Source: Thermodesulfobacteriota bacterium
GTDB taxonomy: Bacteria > Desulfobacterota_D > UBA1144 > Nemesobacterales > UBA2774
Length of the DNA stretch: 41,194 bases
Assembly (NCBI GenBank): GCA_044451425.1
Contig: JBIOKC010000002.1
Location: 1-41,194, forward strand
Direction: 5' to 3'
The position numbers were made by a program, and so were the translations under genes. The notes under the pieces are model-generated. The model had not been told where the DNA came from, did not search any database, and saw only the letters and a list, made by a program, of their open reading frames with translations. This document shows positions 1 to 8,307 of the stretch, piece by piece (the stretch's first letter is position 1; each line of letters begins with the position of its first letter).

Positions 1-225
1 GATTTTGTCCACCGTCCCGGATAACTGAGACCCGACCCCTACTGTCGTAAGCGGGTTCACCGTGCCGTTCGCGGTGATGATCGACACTACGTCGTTCCTG
101 TCGACCGCGGCAGTCCTGTATGTCAGATGCGAGTGCTCGGTTCTGATGAATCTCGGCACTATAAGAACGGCCAGAATCAGAATTATTATTAATCCCGCAA
201 TCGTCTTTTTACTTATGAGAGTCAT
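1..225 (-). CDS. Efflux periplasmic adaptor (HlyD/MacA-type membrane fusion protein). Only the N-terminal 75 codons are present; the gene runs off the window start.
   Basis: My translation of the reverse strand from ATG 225-223 gives MTLISKKTIAGLIIILILAVLIVPRF...ITANGTVNPLTTVGVGSQLSGTVDKI. This is a single TM anchor followed by the G.V.P...V....SG.V motif typical of MacA/HlyD adaptors. The start overlaps the stop of the preceding tolC-like gene by 17 nt. Confidence 0.75.
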   Translation of the reverse strand, partial: MTLISKKTIAGLIIILILAVLIVPRFIRTEHSHLTYRTAAVDRNDVVSIITANGTVNPLTTVGVGSQLSGTVDKI

Positions 226-1450
226 CGGTTCCACCTATAGCGCGCTTGAGTCTGGCAGCCGTAATATTATAGTTGTAAATAGCCTGTTTATATGCCGAGT
301 CACTCGACGAATATATAGCTTCTGCCTCCGCGAGCTCCAGATCCGATGCCCTGCCGAGCCTGTACCTCTCGCGTGCGAGAAGGAGGCTGCGTTCCGCGGA
401 TTCCCTCGTTTTCCCGATTACCTGAATATTCTCGCCCGCGAGGTCGAGGTCGAGCTTTAACTGTTTGACCTCGTTCGCGATTTCCACCTTCGCCGTCTCT
501 ATCTGTGCCTGTGCGCGCATCAACTTGGCTTTTGCATCCTGGATGTTTGCGAGCCTAGAGAACCCTTCGAATATAAAGAATTGTAGTCCTACGCCGGCGA
601 TAAAGCCGGGGGTTGTGGCTCCCTCACCCGCAAACCTGTAAGCGGTCGTTCCGAAAAAGAGCGGGTAGAACTCCTTCTTCGCGGCTTCCAGGTTGGCATT
701 TATCGAGACCTCCTGAGCCTTCAAGCTCTTTATCTCCGGTCTCGATTCTTTTGCCTGGTCCATGGATTCCTCGAGGTTTATATCCGGTTTTTTGTATTCA
801 AGCGAATCCTCGAGTTCGAAGTTGAATTCTCCCTTAATGCCCATTGCGTTCATGAGGTTATCCCGGGCTATCACCAGATTGTTTTTTGCTGTTGCCAGTT
901 CTAGTTGCGAGTTCCCGAGGTTAACCTCCTCTTTCGTCACGTCTATCTGAGATATCCTGCCGGCTTTGAAGAACCCTTCAGCCTGCTCGAATCGTTTTTG
1001 TGCCTCGATGGACTTCTTTTCCGCGGCTTCGGTAATCCGCATCTGTGAAAGCACTGTATAATAGCTCACGATAGTATTCAGCTCCACATCGTCCTTCGTC
1101 TTCTCTTTCTCGTACTTGGTGGACTCGAGCAGGGCTTTGCTCGACTTGACCTTGTTCTGCGTACGTCCGAAGTCCCATAGCGTCTGATTGAGAAAGAACC
1201 CCGATTCACGCCCAACGAAGGGGAAAATGAGTCTGGTATAAATCTGAGGATAATAACTGTCCTTAGCCGTCCTCACGAGTGCCGTGGACGATACGACCTC
1301 TGATTCCGAGATCGTTATGCCGGGGTTATTTTCGAGCGCGGTCTTTACCGCTTCGTCGAGAGTAAGCAGCTTTTTTTCCTGCGCCGAAGCCGGGCTCAGA
1401 TATATGAGTGTGCTTAAAATTGCGAAGACCGCTATGGCTAAATGTCTCAT
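209..1450 (-). CDS. TolC-family outer membrane efflux protein
   Basis: 413-aa ORF with a signal peptide (MRHLAIAVFAILSTLIYLSPASA). It has the two-repeat coiled-coil/beta-barrel TolC pattern (LTLDEAVKTALENNP..., RLGRASDLELAEAEA). It is co-oriented with, and overlaps, the adaptor gene. Confidence 0.88.
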   Translation of the reverse strand: MRHLAIAVFAILSTLIYLSPASAQEKKLLTLDEAVKTALENNPGITISESEVVSSTALVRTAKDSYYPQIYTRLIFPFVGRESGFFLNQTLWDFGRTQNKVKSSKALLESTKYEKEKTKDDVELNTIVSYYTVLSQMRITEAAEKKSIEAQKRFEQAEGFFKAGRISQIDVTKEEVNLGNSQLELATAKNNLVIARDNLMNAMGIKGEFNFELEDSLEYKKPDINLEESMDQAKESRPEIKSLKAQEVSINANLEAAKKEFYPLFFGTTAYRFAGEGATTPGFIAGVGLQFFIFEGFSRLANIQDAKAKLMRAQAQIETAKVEIANEVKQLKLDLDLAGENIQVIGKTRESAERSLLLARERYRLGRASDLELAEAEAIYSSSDSAYKQAIYNYNITAARLKRAIGGTDDSHK

Positions 1451-1530
1451 ATCATGTCATTCTCAAAGCAATAATATGACGTTAAAACATGCCCGTTGCA
1501 ACATCAAGCGCGCTCCCGTAAAATACCGGA

Positions 1531-2685
1531 ATGAATTTCGGAGCTTATATACATATACCCTACTGTGTTAAAAAATGTCCTTATTGTGACTTCAATTCCT
1601 GGGGTGTCGGAGGGAGCTTCCCCGAATCCGAGTATGCGGATTCGGTGCTGAGGGAGCTCGAATTCTACCGTTCGGATATAGAGGGCCGCGTTCTCTCTTC
1701 GGTATTTTTCGGAGGGGGAACCCCTTCTCTGTTCGAGCCGGAGAGCATAGGGAGGATAATATCGGGAATTTATGGGATGACTGTTCCCGCAGGGGATGTC
1801 GAGGTGTCTCTAGAGGTTAATCCGAAGACCGCCGATCTCGAGAAGCTCAGAGGGCTCCTCGGCGAGGGTGTGAACAGGATAAGCATCGGCGTGCAGTCTT
1901 TCAATCGTCGGAAGCTCGACTTTCTCGGAAGGATAAACACTCCCGAAGACGGAAGGAGGATTCTTGAGGATGTGAGCAGGGCGGGTTTTGGAAACTATAA
2001 TTTCGACCTCATTTACGGCACGAGCGGCGAGACGCTTCATGAGTGGAGCCTCGACCTCCGGGAAGCCGTCCGTTTCGGCTCCAGCCACATCTCCGCATAT
2101 TGCCTCACTATAGAGAACGGCACCGAGTTCGGCGCCCTATACAAGAAGGGGAAGCTCATGCTCCCGGACGAGGATTCTCTTTCGCGGTTTATCGACTATA
2201 CGACCGAATTCCTCGGTGAGGCGGGTTACGGGCAGTACGAGATTTCTAACTACGCCCGGCCGGGTAACGAATGCAGGCACAACCTCCTTTACTGGAGGGG
2301 TGAAAACTATCTCGGAGTAGGGGCGGGCGCCCACTCGCATATGAAGACCGAGGGATTTCCCTGGGGCAGGAGGTGGGCGAATATAAAGAACCCTTCATCT
2401 TATATGAAGGCCGTCGGGGAGGGGAAAAAGCCCCTCGACTTCACTGAGGAGCTCGGCAGGGAGGATGCGCTCGAGGACCGGATAATCATGGGTTTCAGGC
2501 TCAACGAGGGCTTGGACCTCAAGGGTTTGAGGGGGAGATACGGGGTCGCACCCGATACGGGATATATAGAATCACTCAGGGATGACGGTTTTATCGAATT
2601 ATCGGGAGATGTAATAAGGCTCACGAGGAAGGGCATTCTGCTTTCGGACGAGATTATTGTGAGGCTCGTAGGCTCGCTTCAATAA
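1531..2685 (+). CDS. hemW: Radical SAM heme chaperone HemW (HemN-like, oxygen-independent coproporphyrinogen oxidase family)
   Basis: 384 aa. N-terminal YIHIPYCVKKCPYCDF radical-SAM CxxxCxxC motif, a GGGTPS motif and a HemN_C-like tail. The length fits HemW rather than HemN. Confidence 0.9.
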   Translation: MNFGAYIHIPYCVKKCPYCDFNSWGVGGSFPESEYADSVLRELEFYRSDIEGRVLSSVFFGGGTPSLFEPESIGRIISGIYGMTVPAGDVEVSLEVNPKTADLEKLRGLLGEGVNRISIGVQSFNRRKLDFLGRINTPEDGRRILEDVSRAGFGNYNFDLIYGTSGETLHEWSLDLREAVRFGSSHISAYCLTIENGTEFGALYKKGKLMLPDEDSLSRFIDYTTEFLGEAGYGQYEISNYARPGNECRHNLLYWRGENYLGVGAGAHSHMKTEGFPWGRRWANIKNPSSYMKAVGEGKKPLDFTEELGREDALEDRIIMGFRLNEGLDLKGLRGRYGVAPDTGYIESLRDDGFIELSGDVIRLTRKGILLSDEIIVRLVGSLQ

Positions 2686-2691
2686 CCAGAA

Positions 2692-3147
2692 TTACTTCTT
2701 CTTGAGTTTATGTTTTACGCCGCCCGCCGTTATAAAAAAATCTTTCCCTTCTTTTTCGGCATATTTCATAAGCTCGTAATAGGCGGGCCTCGAGACCCTG
2801 GCGTCGAACCGCTGATTTTTTACCTTCGTATAAGGTATGTTTTCCCCGCTTATATATAGAGTTCCGAAATCCAGTTTTTCTTCGGTCTCGTCGTTGAGCC
2901 TTATCCAGAAGTCCTCGCCGCGCCTCTCTACCAGCTTAACCACAAACGGCGTGTCCTCGGCCTCCACGTATAGCTTCCCGCTCCCCTCGTCTATGAATAA
3001 CCTCCCCCCTCCGTCTATATCGAGGAGCCTATTGTTGTAGAGGTAGGTCCCTCTGTGCCTGATCTTTATACCGTCCTGAAACCAGTTCCCGCTCTTATCT
3101 ATGAAGAACCTGTATTGCCCTGTTTTCTCTTTTCCCTTATAGTTCAT
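2692..3147 (-). CDS. DUF1285-like protein, function unknown
   Basis: 151-aa ORF. The pattern FFIDKSGNWFQDGIKIRH...LFIDEGSGKLYVEAEDTPFVV resembles DUF1285 as I remember it. Family assignment was not verified by search. Confidence 0.6.
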   Translation of the reverse strand: MNYKGKEKTGQYRFFIDKSGNWFQDGIKIRHRGTYLYNNRLLDIDGGGRLFIDEGSGKLYVEAEDTPFVVKLVERRGEDFWIRLNDETEEKLDFGTLYISGENIPYTKVKNQRFDARVSRPAYYELMKYAEKEGKDFFITAGGVKHKLKKK

Positions 3148-3194
3148 GGCTATCTTTTATATATGAATCGGGTTCGGTTACACCCGAAGAATTA

Positions 3195-3608
3195 TTATTC
3201 CCCTATGACCTTAACGATCACCCTCTTTCTCCTCTGACCGTCGAATTCCGCGTAAAATACGCTCTGCCACGGTCCGAGGTCGAGGTCCCCTTTGGTGATT
3301 GGCAAAATCACCTGGTGGTGCATTATGAGGTTCTTGAGGTGAGCGTCGCCGTTATCCTCCCCGGTCCTGTGGTGCTTGTAATCACTCCTGTAGGGGGCGA
3401 GGCCTTCCAGCCACTCCCATATATCCTCGAAGAGCCCGTCTTCGAGGTCGTTTACATACACGGCGGCAGTGATATGCATTGCGGATACGAGGGCGAACCC
3501 CTCAGCGAAGCCGCTCTTTTTGACTATACCCCTCACGGTATCCGTGATATGCACGATCTCTTTCTTCTTATCCGTATTGAACCACAGGTATTCGGTAAAG
3601 CTTTTCAT
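3195..3608 (-). CDS. YjbQ/UPF0047-family protein (secondary thiamine-phosphate synthase-like)
   Basis: 137 aa. AAGGAGG RBS before the ATG. Motifs [33 protein letters not shown] and [16 protein letters not shown] are typical of YjbQ. Confidence 0.85.
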   Translation of the reverse strand: MKSFTEYLWFNTDKKKEIVHITDTVRGIVKKSGFAEGFALVSAMHITAAVYVNDLEDGLFEDIWEWLEGLAPYRSDYKHHRTGEDNGDAHLKNLIMHHQVILPITKGDLDLGPWQSVFYAEFDGQRRKRVIVKVIGE

Positions 3609-3745
3609 GTTCTCCTCCTTAATATTCTCAGAGGCAATCGAGTCCCCGATGTTAAGAGCTTATCGGATGGAGACCGGTATGCAAAAACAGCCCTTCGTGT
3701 GTAGTATCATATGCATAGATTATATTTTCCGGGGGAGATACTGAG

Positions 3746-4045
3746 ATGATAATCGAGCTTAGCGTAATCCCGATAGGGGTTGGCACATCGCTCTCCGAGT
3801 ATGTGGCGGAAGTCATGAGGGTCATCGAGTCGAGCGGTCTAAGATACGAGTCCCACTCTATGGGGACGAACATCGAATGCGGCTGGGATGACATCATCCC
3901 TCTCGTAAGGAAATGTCACGAGGCGCTCCGGGCAAGAGGAGTCGAGCGTATAAGCACATCGCTCAGGATAAGTGAGAGGACGGACAAGCCCTATACTATG
4001 GCTGGAAAAATGAAGAGCCTTGGTGAGAAGCTGCACACTGACTAA
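3746..4045 (+). CDS. MTH1187/YkoF-like (UPF0045) thiamine-binding family protein
   Basis: 99 aa. MIIELSVIPIGVGTSLSEYVAEV...HSMGTNIEG-like pattern of the MTH1187 family. Divergent from the yjbQ-like gene. Confidence 0.8.
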   Translation: MIIELSVIPIGVGTSLSEYVAEVMRVIESSGLRYESHSMGTNIECGWDDIIPLVRKCHEALRARGVERISTSLRISERTDKPYTMAGKMKSLGEKLHTD

Positions 4046-4058
4046 AGGTATTTTTTGC

Positions 4059-4225
4059 TCCTCTTTTAATTCCTACTCCCAGCCTTGCGCGGGAAGAGGT
4101 TAGGGTGGGGAGTTACCTTAAAGTAGATTCGTCATAATGAACTCGTTTCCACCTCCGGTCTTGTTCCCTCAGTTCCTTTCTGTCTTTCGCACGAAAGCGG
4201 GAATCTGGTATTTTGCCATTCTGAT
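4059..4225. repeat. Short dispersed intergenic palindromic elements, copy set 1
   Basis: CTTTTAATTCCTACTCCCAGCC...GGTTAGGGTGGGGAG is an imperfect inverted repeat. TCGCACGAAAGCGGGAATCTG...CATTCTG shares CGGGAATCTG...CATTCTG with 12834-12852. Confidence 0.55.
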
Positions 4226-4305
4226 GTGGTGTCGGAGAGTCTCCGCTTCGACCTGCTCGGGATAGAGTCATTGTATTTGGTATTTGTGATATTTGTCACT
4301 GCGAA

Positions 4306-4500
4306 CTACAGCAGCCGCGCTTCCTGCGACTCATCAAGAAGAACATGCCTACAAGACCCAATATCACTACTGCGCGGACTGTTCCCCAATTTACTAAGAG
4401 TAGGTACGTTAAACAGTGGAATCCTGTTTACTGGGGCGCCTGCAAACGAATCCGCAGCGGACAATATAAATACATACATAATAGCGAGGATTTTCCTCAT
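4306..4500 (-). CDS. Hypothetical small secreted peptide (64 aa). Doubtful gene.
   Basis: The ORF has a plausible signal peptide (MRKILAIMYVFILSAADSFAG). It has no convincing Shine-Dalgarno sequence and no recognisable family. It sits in a repeat-rich 0.84-kb non-coding region. Confidence 0.25.
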   Translation of the reverse strand: MRKILAIMYVFILSAADSFAGAPVNRIPLFNVPTLSKLGNSPRSSDIGSCRHVLLDESQEARLL

Positions 4501-4882
4501 AACTATCCAGTGAAAAATATCTGATTTAAAGAAAATTTTTAAATATTACATTTGCATAAAATAAGATATATGTCAATCCCCTTAAAACTTGCGAGTGTGC
4601 CGCACTAAGTCCAGGTCTTGAGCTAAGGCTGACCAAATGCACTACATTCGCGTAAATCGCATATTTCGCCTCTTTTAAGGGATTTGCTTTCTTTCTGTCT
4701 GTTTCTCGGTCTTCGTATTTTTATCATCTTTAGCCGTAGTCCTAAATGTTGTTTGGAATCTAATCTCTTCTTCCTAATATTCCTGCGCTTTCGTTCAGTA
4801 TTTTCCTTTCGGCTTCGCTCAGGGCATGCTGTCAGCGCCCCAATCTTGACTCGACTCCCTATTTGGGTTCTTACTTTCTTTC

Positions 4883-6014
4883 TTGCGGGAAGACGCCAGG
4901 TACTGGATTGCGCTCAGCTTCGTGAACGGGCTTGGGGACGTCCTAATAAAAAGCCTCTTTTCCAGATTCCGTAAAACCGAAGACGTGTTCAGAGCTTCAC
5001 TGAAAGTGCTTGCTGAAATCGAGGGTACAGGCGAGAAGACCGCTCAGGCGATAAAAGAGTTCGACGATAGGGAAAAGGTTGACCATGAGGTCGAGAAGAT
5101 CGAAAATTCGGGATTCGCCTTTCTCACTCTCAGTTACCCCGATTATCCCGGGCAGCTTGTACAAATTTACAATCCGCCTCCCCTCCTCTTCATGAACGGG
5201 GATTTGGCCGAGCGGGACTCACTCTCGATCGCTATAGTCGGGTCGAGGGTTCCGGATAAATACGGGAGGCTCGTCACGGAAGCCCAGGTCGGCGAGCTCG
5301 CTTCTCTGGGCATGACTATAGTGAGCGTTATGGCGTGGGGGATAGATTCCATGGCCCAGGAGATGGCGCTCAGGAGGGGAGGGTGTACAATAGCCGTCCT
5401 GGGCTCGGGTGTAGACGTCGTCTACCCGCCCGAGAATAAAAAACTGTACAGAGACATATCCGAGCGGGGCGCGGTGCTATCGGAATTCCTCATCGGCACT
5501 CCGCCGCTCGCACAGAATTTCCCCAGGCGAAACAGGATTATAAGCGGTATGTCCCTCGGAGTCGTTGTTGTTCAGGCCTCAGACAAGAGCGGCTCCCACA
5601 TCACCGCCTCATTTGCTCTCGACCAGAATTAGGAGGTTCTCGCCGTTCCCGGAAACGTGGACAGGAAGCTCTCCCGCGGCTCCAACTGGCTCATAAAGAA
5701 GGGAACAGGCTGGTTTAGAGACAGTGGAAGATATATTAAACGAGATTGAGGTCTTGCGGAGTCTCAAGGGAGGAGACTCGGTAGAGCCCATGGAAGATAT
5801 AATCGCCTCCCTGTCCGATAAGGAGAAAGCTGTTTATTCCGCGCTGGGCGTCGAGCCCGTACATGTATATGAAATAATTAAACTCACGGGGCTTGAGGTC
5901 TCGAACATTCTCTCCCTCCTGCTTTCACTCGAGCTAAACGGTTTTATCTCCCAGCATCCTGGAAAGCTTTTCCGCAGGAGAGTAAGATTACGCCTCTCCC
6001 TTACTTTAGTCTAA
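4883..6014 (+). pseudogene. dprA: DNA processing protein DprA (Smf), disrupted by an in-frame TAG at 5630-5632 and a frameshift between about 5697 and 5749
   Basis: The 249-aa ORF carries the DprA Rossmann core (AIVGSR..., GIDSMAQEMAL, AVLGSGVDVVYPPENKKL, FPRRNRIISG). Reading through the TAG continues the family motif EVLAVPGNV...NWLIKKG. The C-terminal winged-helix part (VEDILNEIEVL...LELNGFISQHPGKLF) lies in another frame (5724..6014). Confidence 0.85.
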
Positions 6015-6025
6015 ATCACGCTAAA

Positions 6026-6065
6026 ACCAAAGTATGTTGACATTCTAAGACTTTGGTATTGTAAT
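6026..6065 (+). promoter_or_regulatory. Candidate sigma70 promoter (TTGACA-17 nt-TGTAAT). Its -35 box is bracketed by an 8-bp inverted repeat.
   Basis: TTGACA at 6037-6042 and TGTAAT at 6060-6065. ACCAAAGT (6026-6033) is complementary to ACTTTGGT (6050-6057). The hairpin could instead be the dprA terminator. Confidence 0.3.
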
Positions 6066-6148
6066 TATAATAAAATCTTAAGTAATATTAGTAATTGTAT
6101 TGCATGTGCAGGTACTCCCCTTTTTAGCGGAGTTAATACCGAGGACGG

Positions 6149-6841
6149 ATGGAAGCGATGTCACAGCCCAGAGCGGATTCGACCGAAAATACCGAGCCTA
6201 TAAAGACCGTAGTGGCCTGCCATTACCCTCTCCTTAGAGAAGGTATATCCAAGATCCTCGCGGACGAGGGAAATATCAATATTGTCTCCGAGGTTTCCAA
6301 TCTGATAGACCTGATTCAGTCCTGCGAAGAACATAACTTCGATATCCTTCTACTTGACGTAGACCTCCGCGGCATCAATCTTGCGAGGATAATGACCTTA
6401 ATTAAAAATAATAAGACGGCTAAGGTAATCCTGATAATCGATAACGACTACAATGAAAACCTTCTCATAAACGCGATCAGGTCGGGAGTGAGGGGATACC
6501 TGGTAAAAGACACAGACTCGAAACACCTTATTAAATCCGTTGCGGCGGTACATAGCGGCGAGCTTTGGGTTGAAAGGAAGCTCATGGGCAAGGTGCTGGA
6601 CGGTTCCGCATACCCGGCTAAAACCATTCGCGGAAAAGGCGAGATATACGACCTCACCGAGACGGAGATAAAAATAATAAAGCTCGTCCTTAACGGATAC
6701 ACGAACAAAAACGTGGCGGATGAGCTTTATATAAGCGAGAAGACGGTGAAATTTCATCTCTATAAGGTGTATAAGAAGCTCAAGGTGAAAAACAGGTCGG
6801 AACTCATTTTATTTGGTTTCCGCCACGGGCTCGTCAGCTGA
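6149..6841 (+). CDS. LuxR/NarL-type transcriptional regulator with a degenerate (pseudo-)receiver domain
   Basis: 230 aa. C-terminal HTH_LuxR (LTETEIKIIKLVLNGYTNKNVADELYISEKTVKFHLYKVYKKLKV). The N-terminal REC-like fold keeps the Asp in ILLLDVDL and the Lys in GYLVKD. The acidic DD pair is replaced by CH (VVACHYPLLREG). Confidence 0.85.
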   Translation: MEAMSQPRADSTENTEPIKTVVACHYPLLREGISKILADEGNINIVSEVSNLIDLIQSCEEHNFDILLLDVDLRGINLARIMTLIKNNKTAKVILIIDNDYNENLLINAIRSGVRGYLVKDTDSKHLIKSVAAVHSGELWVERKLMGKVLDGSAYPAKTIRGKGEIYDLTETEIKIIKLVLNGYTNKNVADELYISEKTVKFHLYKVYKKLKVKNRSELILFGFRHGLVS

Positions 6842-7002
6842 CGAAACACCGACCCGAAGCGCTTAAATAGGGGCGTACTTATGCTCGATCTTGAATAACT
6901 CCTCAAAACCAAATAAATTTAAAGCTCTCAACGCTTTGAGAAAACAATTCCATATAAATCGTTTCTGAAGGTCTTCCCAATATTCGATAAGGAGCGATTG
7001 TT

Positions 7003-8307
7003 ATGAATTTAAGTGTTATGGGCTCCGGTGATGCGGGGCTTGTCACCGGAGCCTGCCTCGCGGGGAGCGGCAACAACGTGATCTGCGTCAATATTTACGC
7101 GGAGAAGGTCAAGAGTTTAAAAAAAGGGTGCGTGCCCTTCTAAGAGCCAGGCCTCGAAGACATCGTGAAGAAGAACCTGAGAGCGGAGAGGCTCCATTTT
7201 ACGACCAACATCACATATGCGGTTCAGAACTCGTTTATCATCCTCATCGCTGTAGGGACCCCGCCCAACCACGACGGCTCGGCGGATATGGACGCCGTAT
7301 TGAGCGTTGCAAGGTCGATAGGCGGGAACATGGACGATTAAAAGATAATCGTAACCAAGAGCACGGTACCCGTCGGGAAGACCGAGATGATTCGCGACGA
7401 GATTAGAAAACTGACGGGTATAGAGTTCGACGTCGTATCCAACCCGGAGTTCCTGAAAGAAGGCGACGCGGTGGAGGACTTAATGAAGCCCGACAGTGTG
7501 ATAATAGGGGTCGATAAACCGTCGGTCGGCGGGATACTGAAGGAGCTCTACTCGCCGTTCATGCGCTCGGTCGACAGGGCAATAGTCGTATCGATAAGGT
7601 CGTCCGAGCTCCCTAAATACACTGCTAACGCCATGCTGGCCAAGAGGATATCCTTTATGAACGACATCGCCAACCTGTGTGAGCTCGTGAGGGCGGACAT
7701 ATCCGAGATAAGAGTCGCTATAGCCTCTGACGGAAGGATCGGACGTCATTTCCTCTTCCCGGGCATAGGGTACGGCGGCTCCTGTTTCCCCAAGGACGTA
7801 AAGGCGCTCATAAGCACGGCAAGCGCATTCGGCTACGACCTCAAAGTCTGCAGGGCTGCCGACGAAGTGAATATGAGACAGAGAGAGCTCTTCTGGAATA
7901 AGATCACGGGTTATTTCAGGAGTGGTCTCAGGGGCAGGAAAGTCGGGGTCTGGGACCTTTCGTTCAAGCCTGAAACGGACGATATAAGGGAAGCGCCCTA
8001 CCTCTATATTATTGACAAACTGGTTTCGAACGGCGCCGAAGTTGTGATTCACGATCCGGTAGCCATGGAAAACGCGAAAAAGCTTTTCGAGGACAGGGTG
8101 CGTTAAGGGGAGTCAAACTAAGATGTCTGCAAGTGGGCCGACGCCCTAGTTATTAATACGGATTGGTACGAATACAGCCAGCCCGATTTTCCTAAGATGA
8201 AGGAGCTTATGAAAGATTATGTCATTTTCGACGGCAGGGACCTGTACGATCCCGGAAAACTCGAAAAGATCGGGTTTAAATATTTCGGCGTGGGGATGCA
8301 TAACTAA
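7003..8307 (+). pseudogene. ugd: UDP-glucose 6-dehydrogenase family gene with four in-frame TAA codons (7141, 7339, 8104, 8119) and no frameshift
   Basis: AAGGAG RBS at 6989-6994 and ATG at 7003. A single frame reads MNLSVMGSGDAGLVTGACLA...PF*EPGLE...MDD*KIIVTKSTVPVGK...GIGYGGSCFPKDV...SFKPETDDIREAP...EDRVR*GESN*DVCKWADALVINTDW...GVGMHN*. All three dehydrogenase domains are recognisable. Confidence 0.85.

Noticed and set aside
3609-3745. Possible TPP (THI-box) riboswitch between the yjbQ-like and MTH1187-like genes. The minus strand has CGGGGAC...CTCTGAGA.
   Set aside because: The CTGAGA element is followed directly by the RBS and ATG. No ACCC...GAACCTGATC...TAATGCC...GCG.AGGGA half is present on either strand.
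4600-4640. RNase P RNA-like strings (AAGTCCAGG and AAGGCTGACCAAA).
   Set aside because: The order is wrong relative to P1/P4. The universally conserved GGTAAGAGC and ACAGAA-CCGGCTTA elements are absent from both strands of the region.
5625-5640. The TAGGAGGT context of the dprA in-frame stop as a programmed frameshift or readthrough site (a Shine-Dalgarno-like stimulator, as in prfB).
   Set aside because: The family sequence continues in the same frame straight after the TAG, so no shift is needed there. The real frame change lies about 70-120 nt downstream with no slippery motif. Conserved residues are also degraded, which fits a pseudogene.
7003-8307. Genome-wide reassignment of TAA to Tyr as the explanation for the ugd stops.
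   Set aside because: TAA terminates several genes in this window at lengths that match their families (for example hemW, efp, infB, pnp). No other gene shows internal TAA codons.
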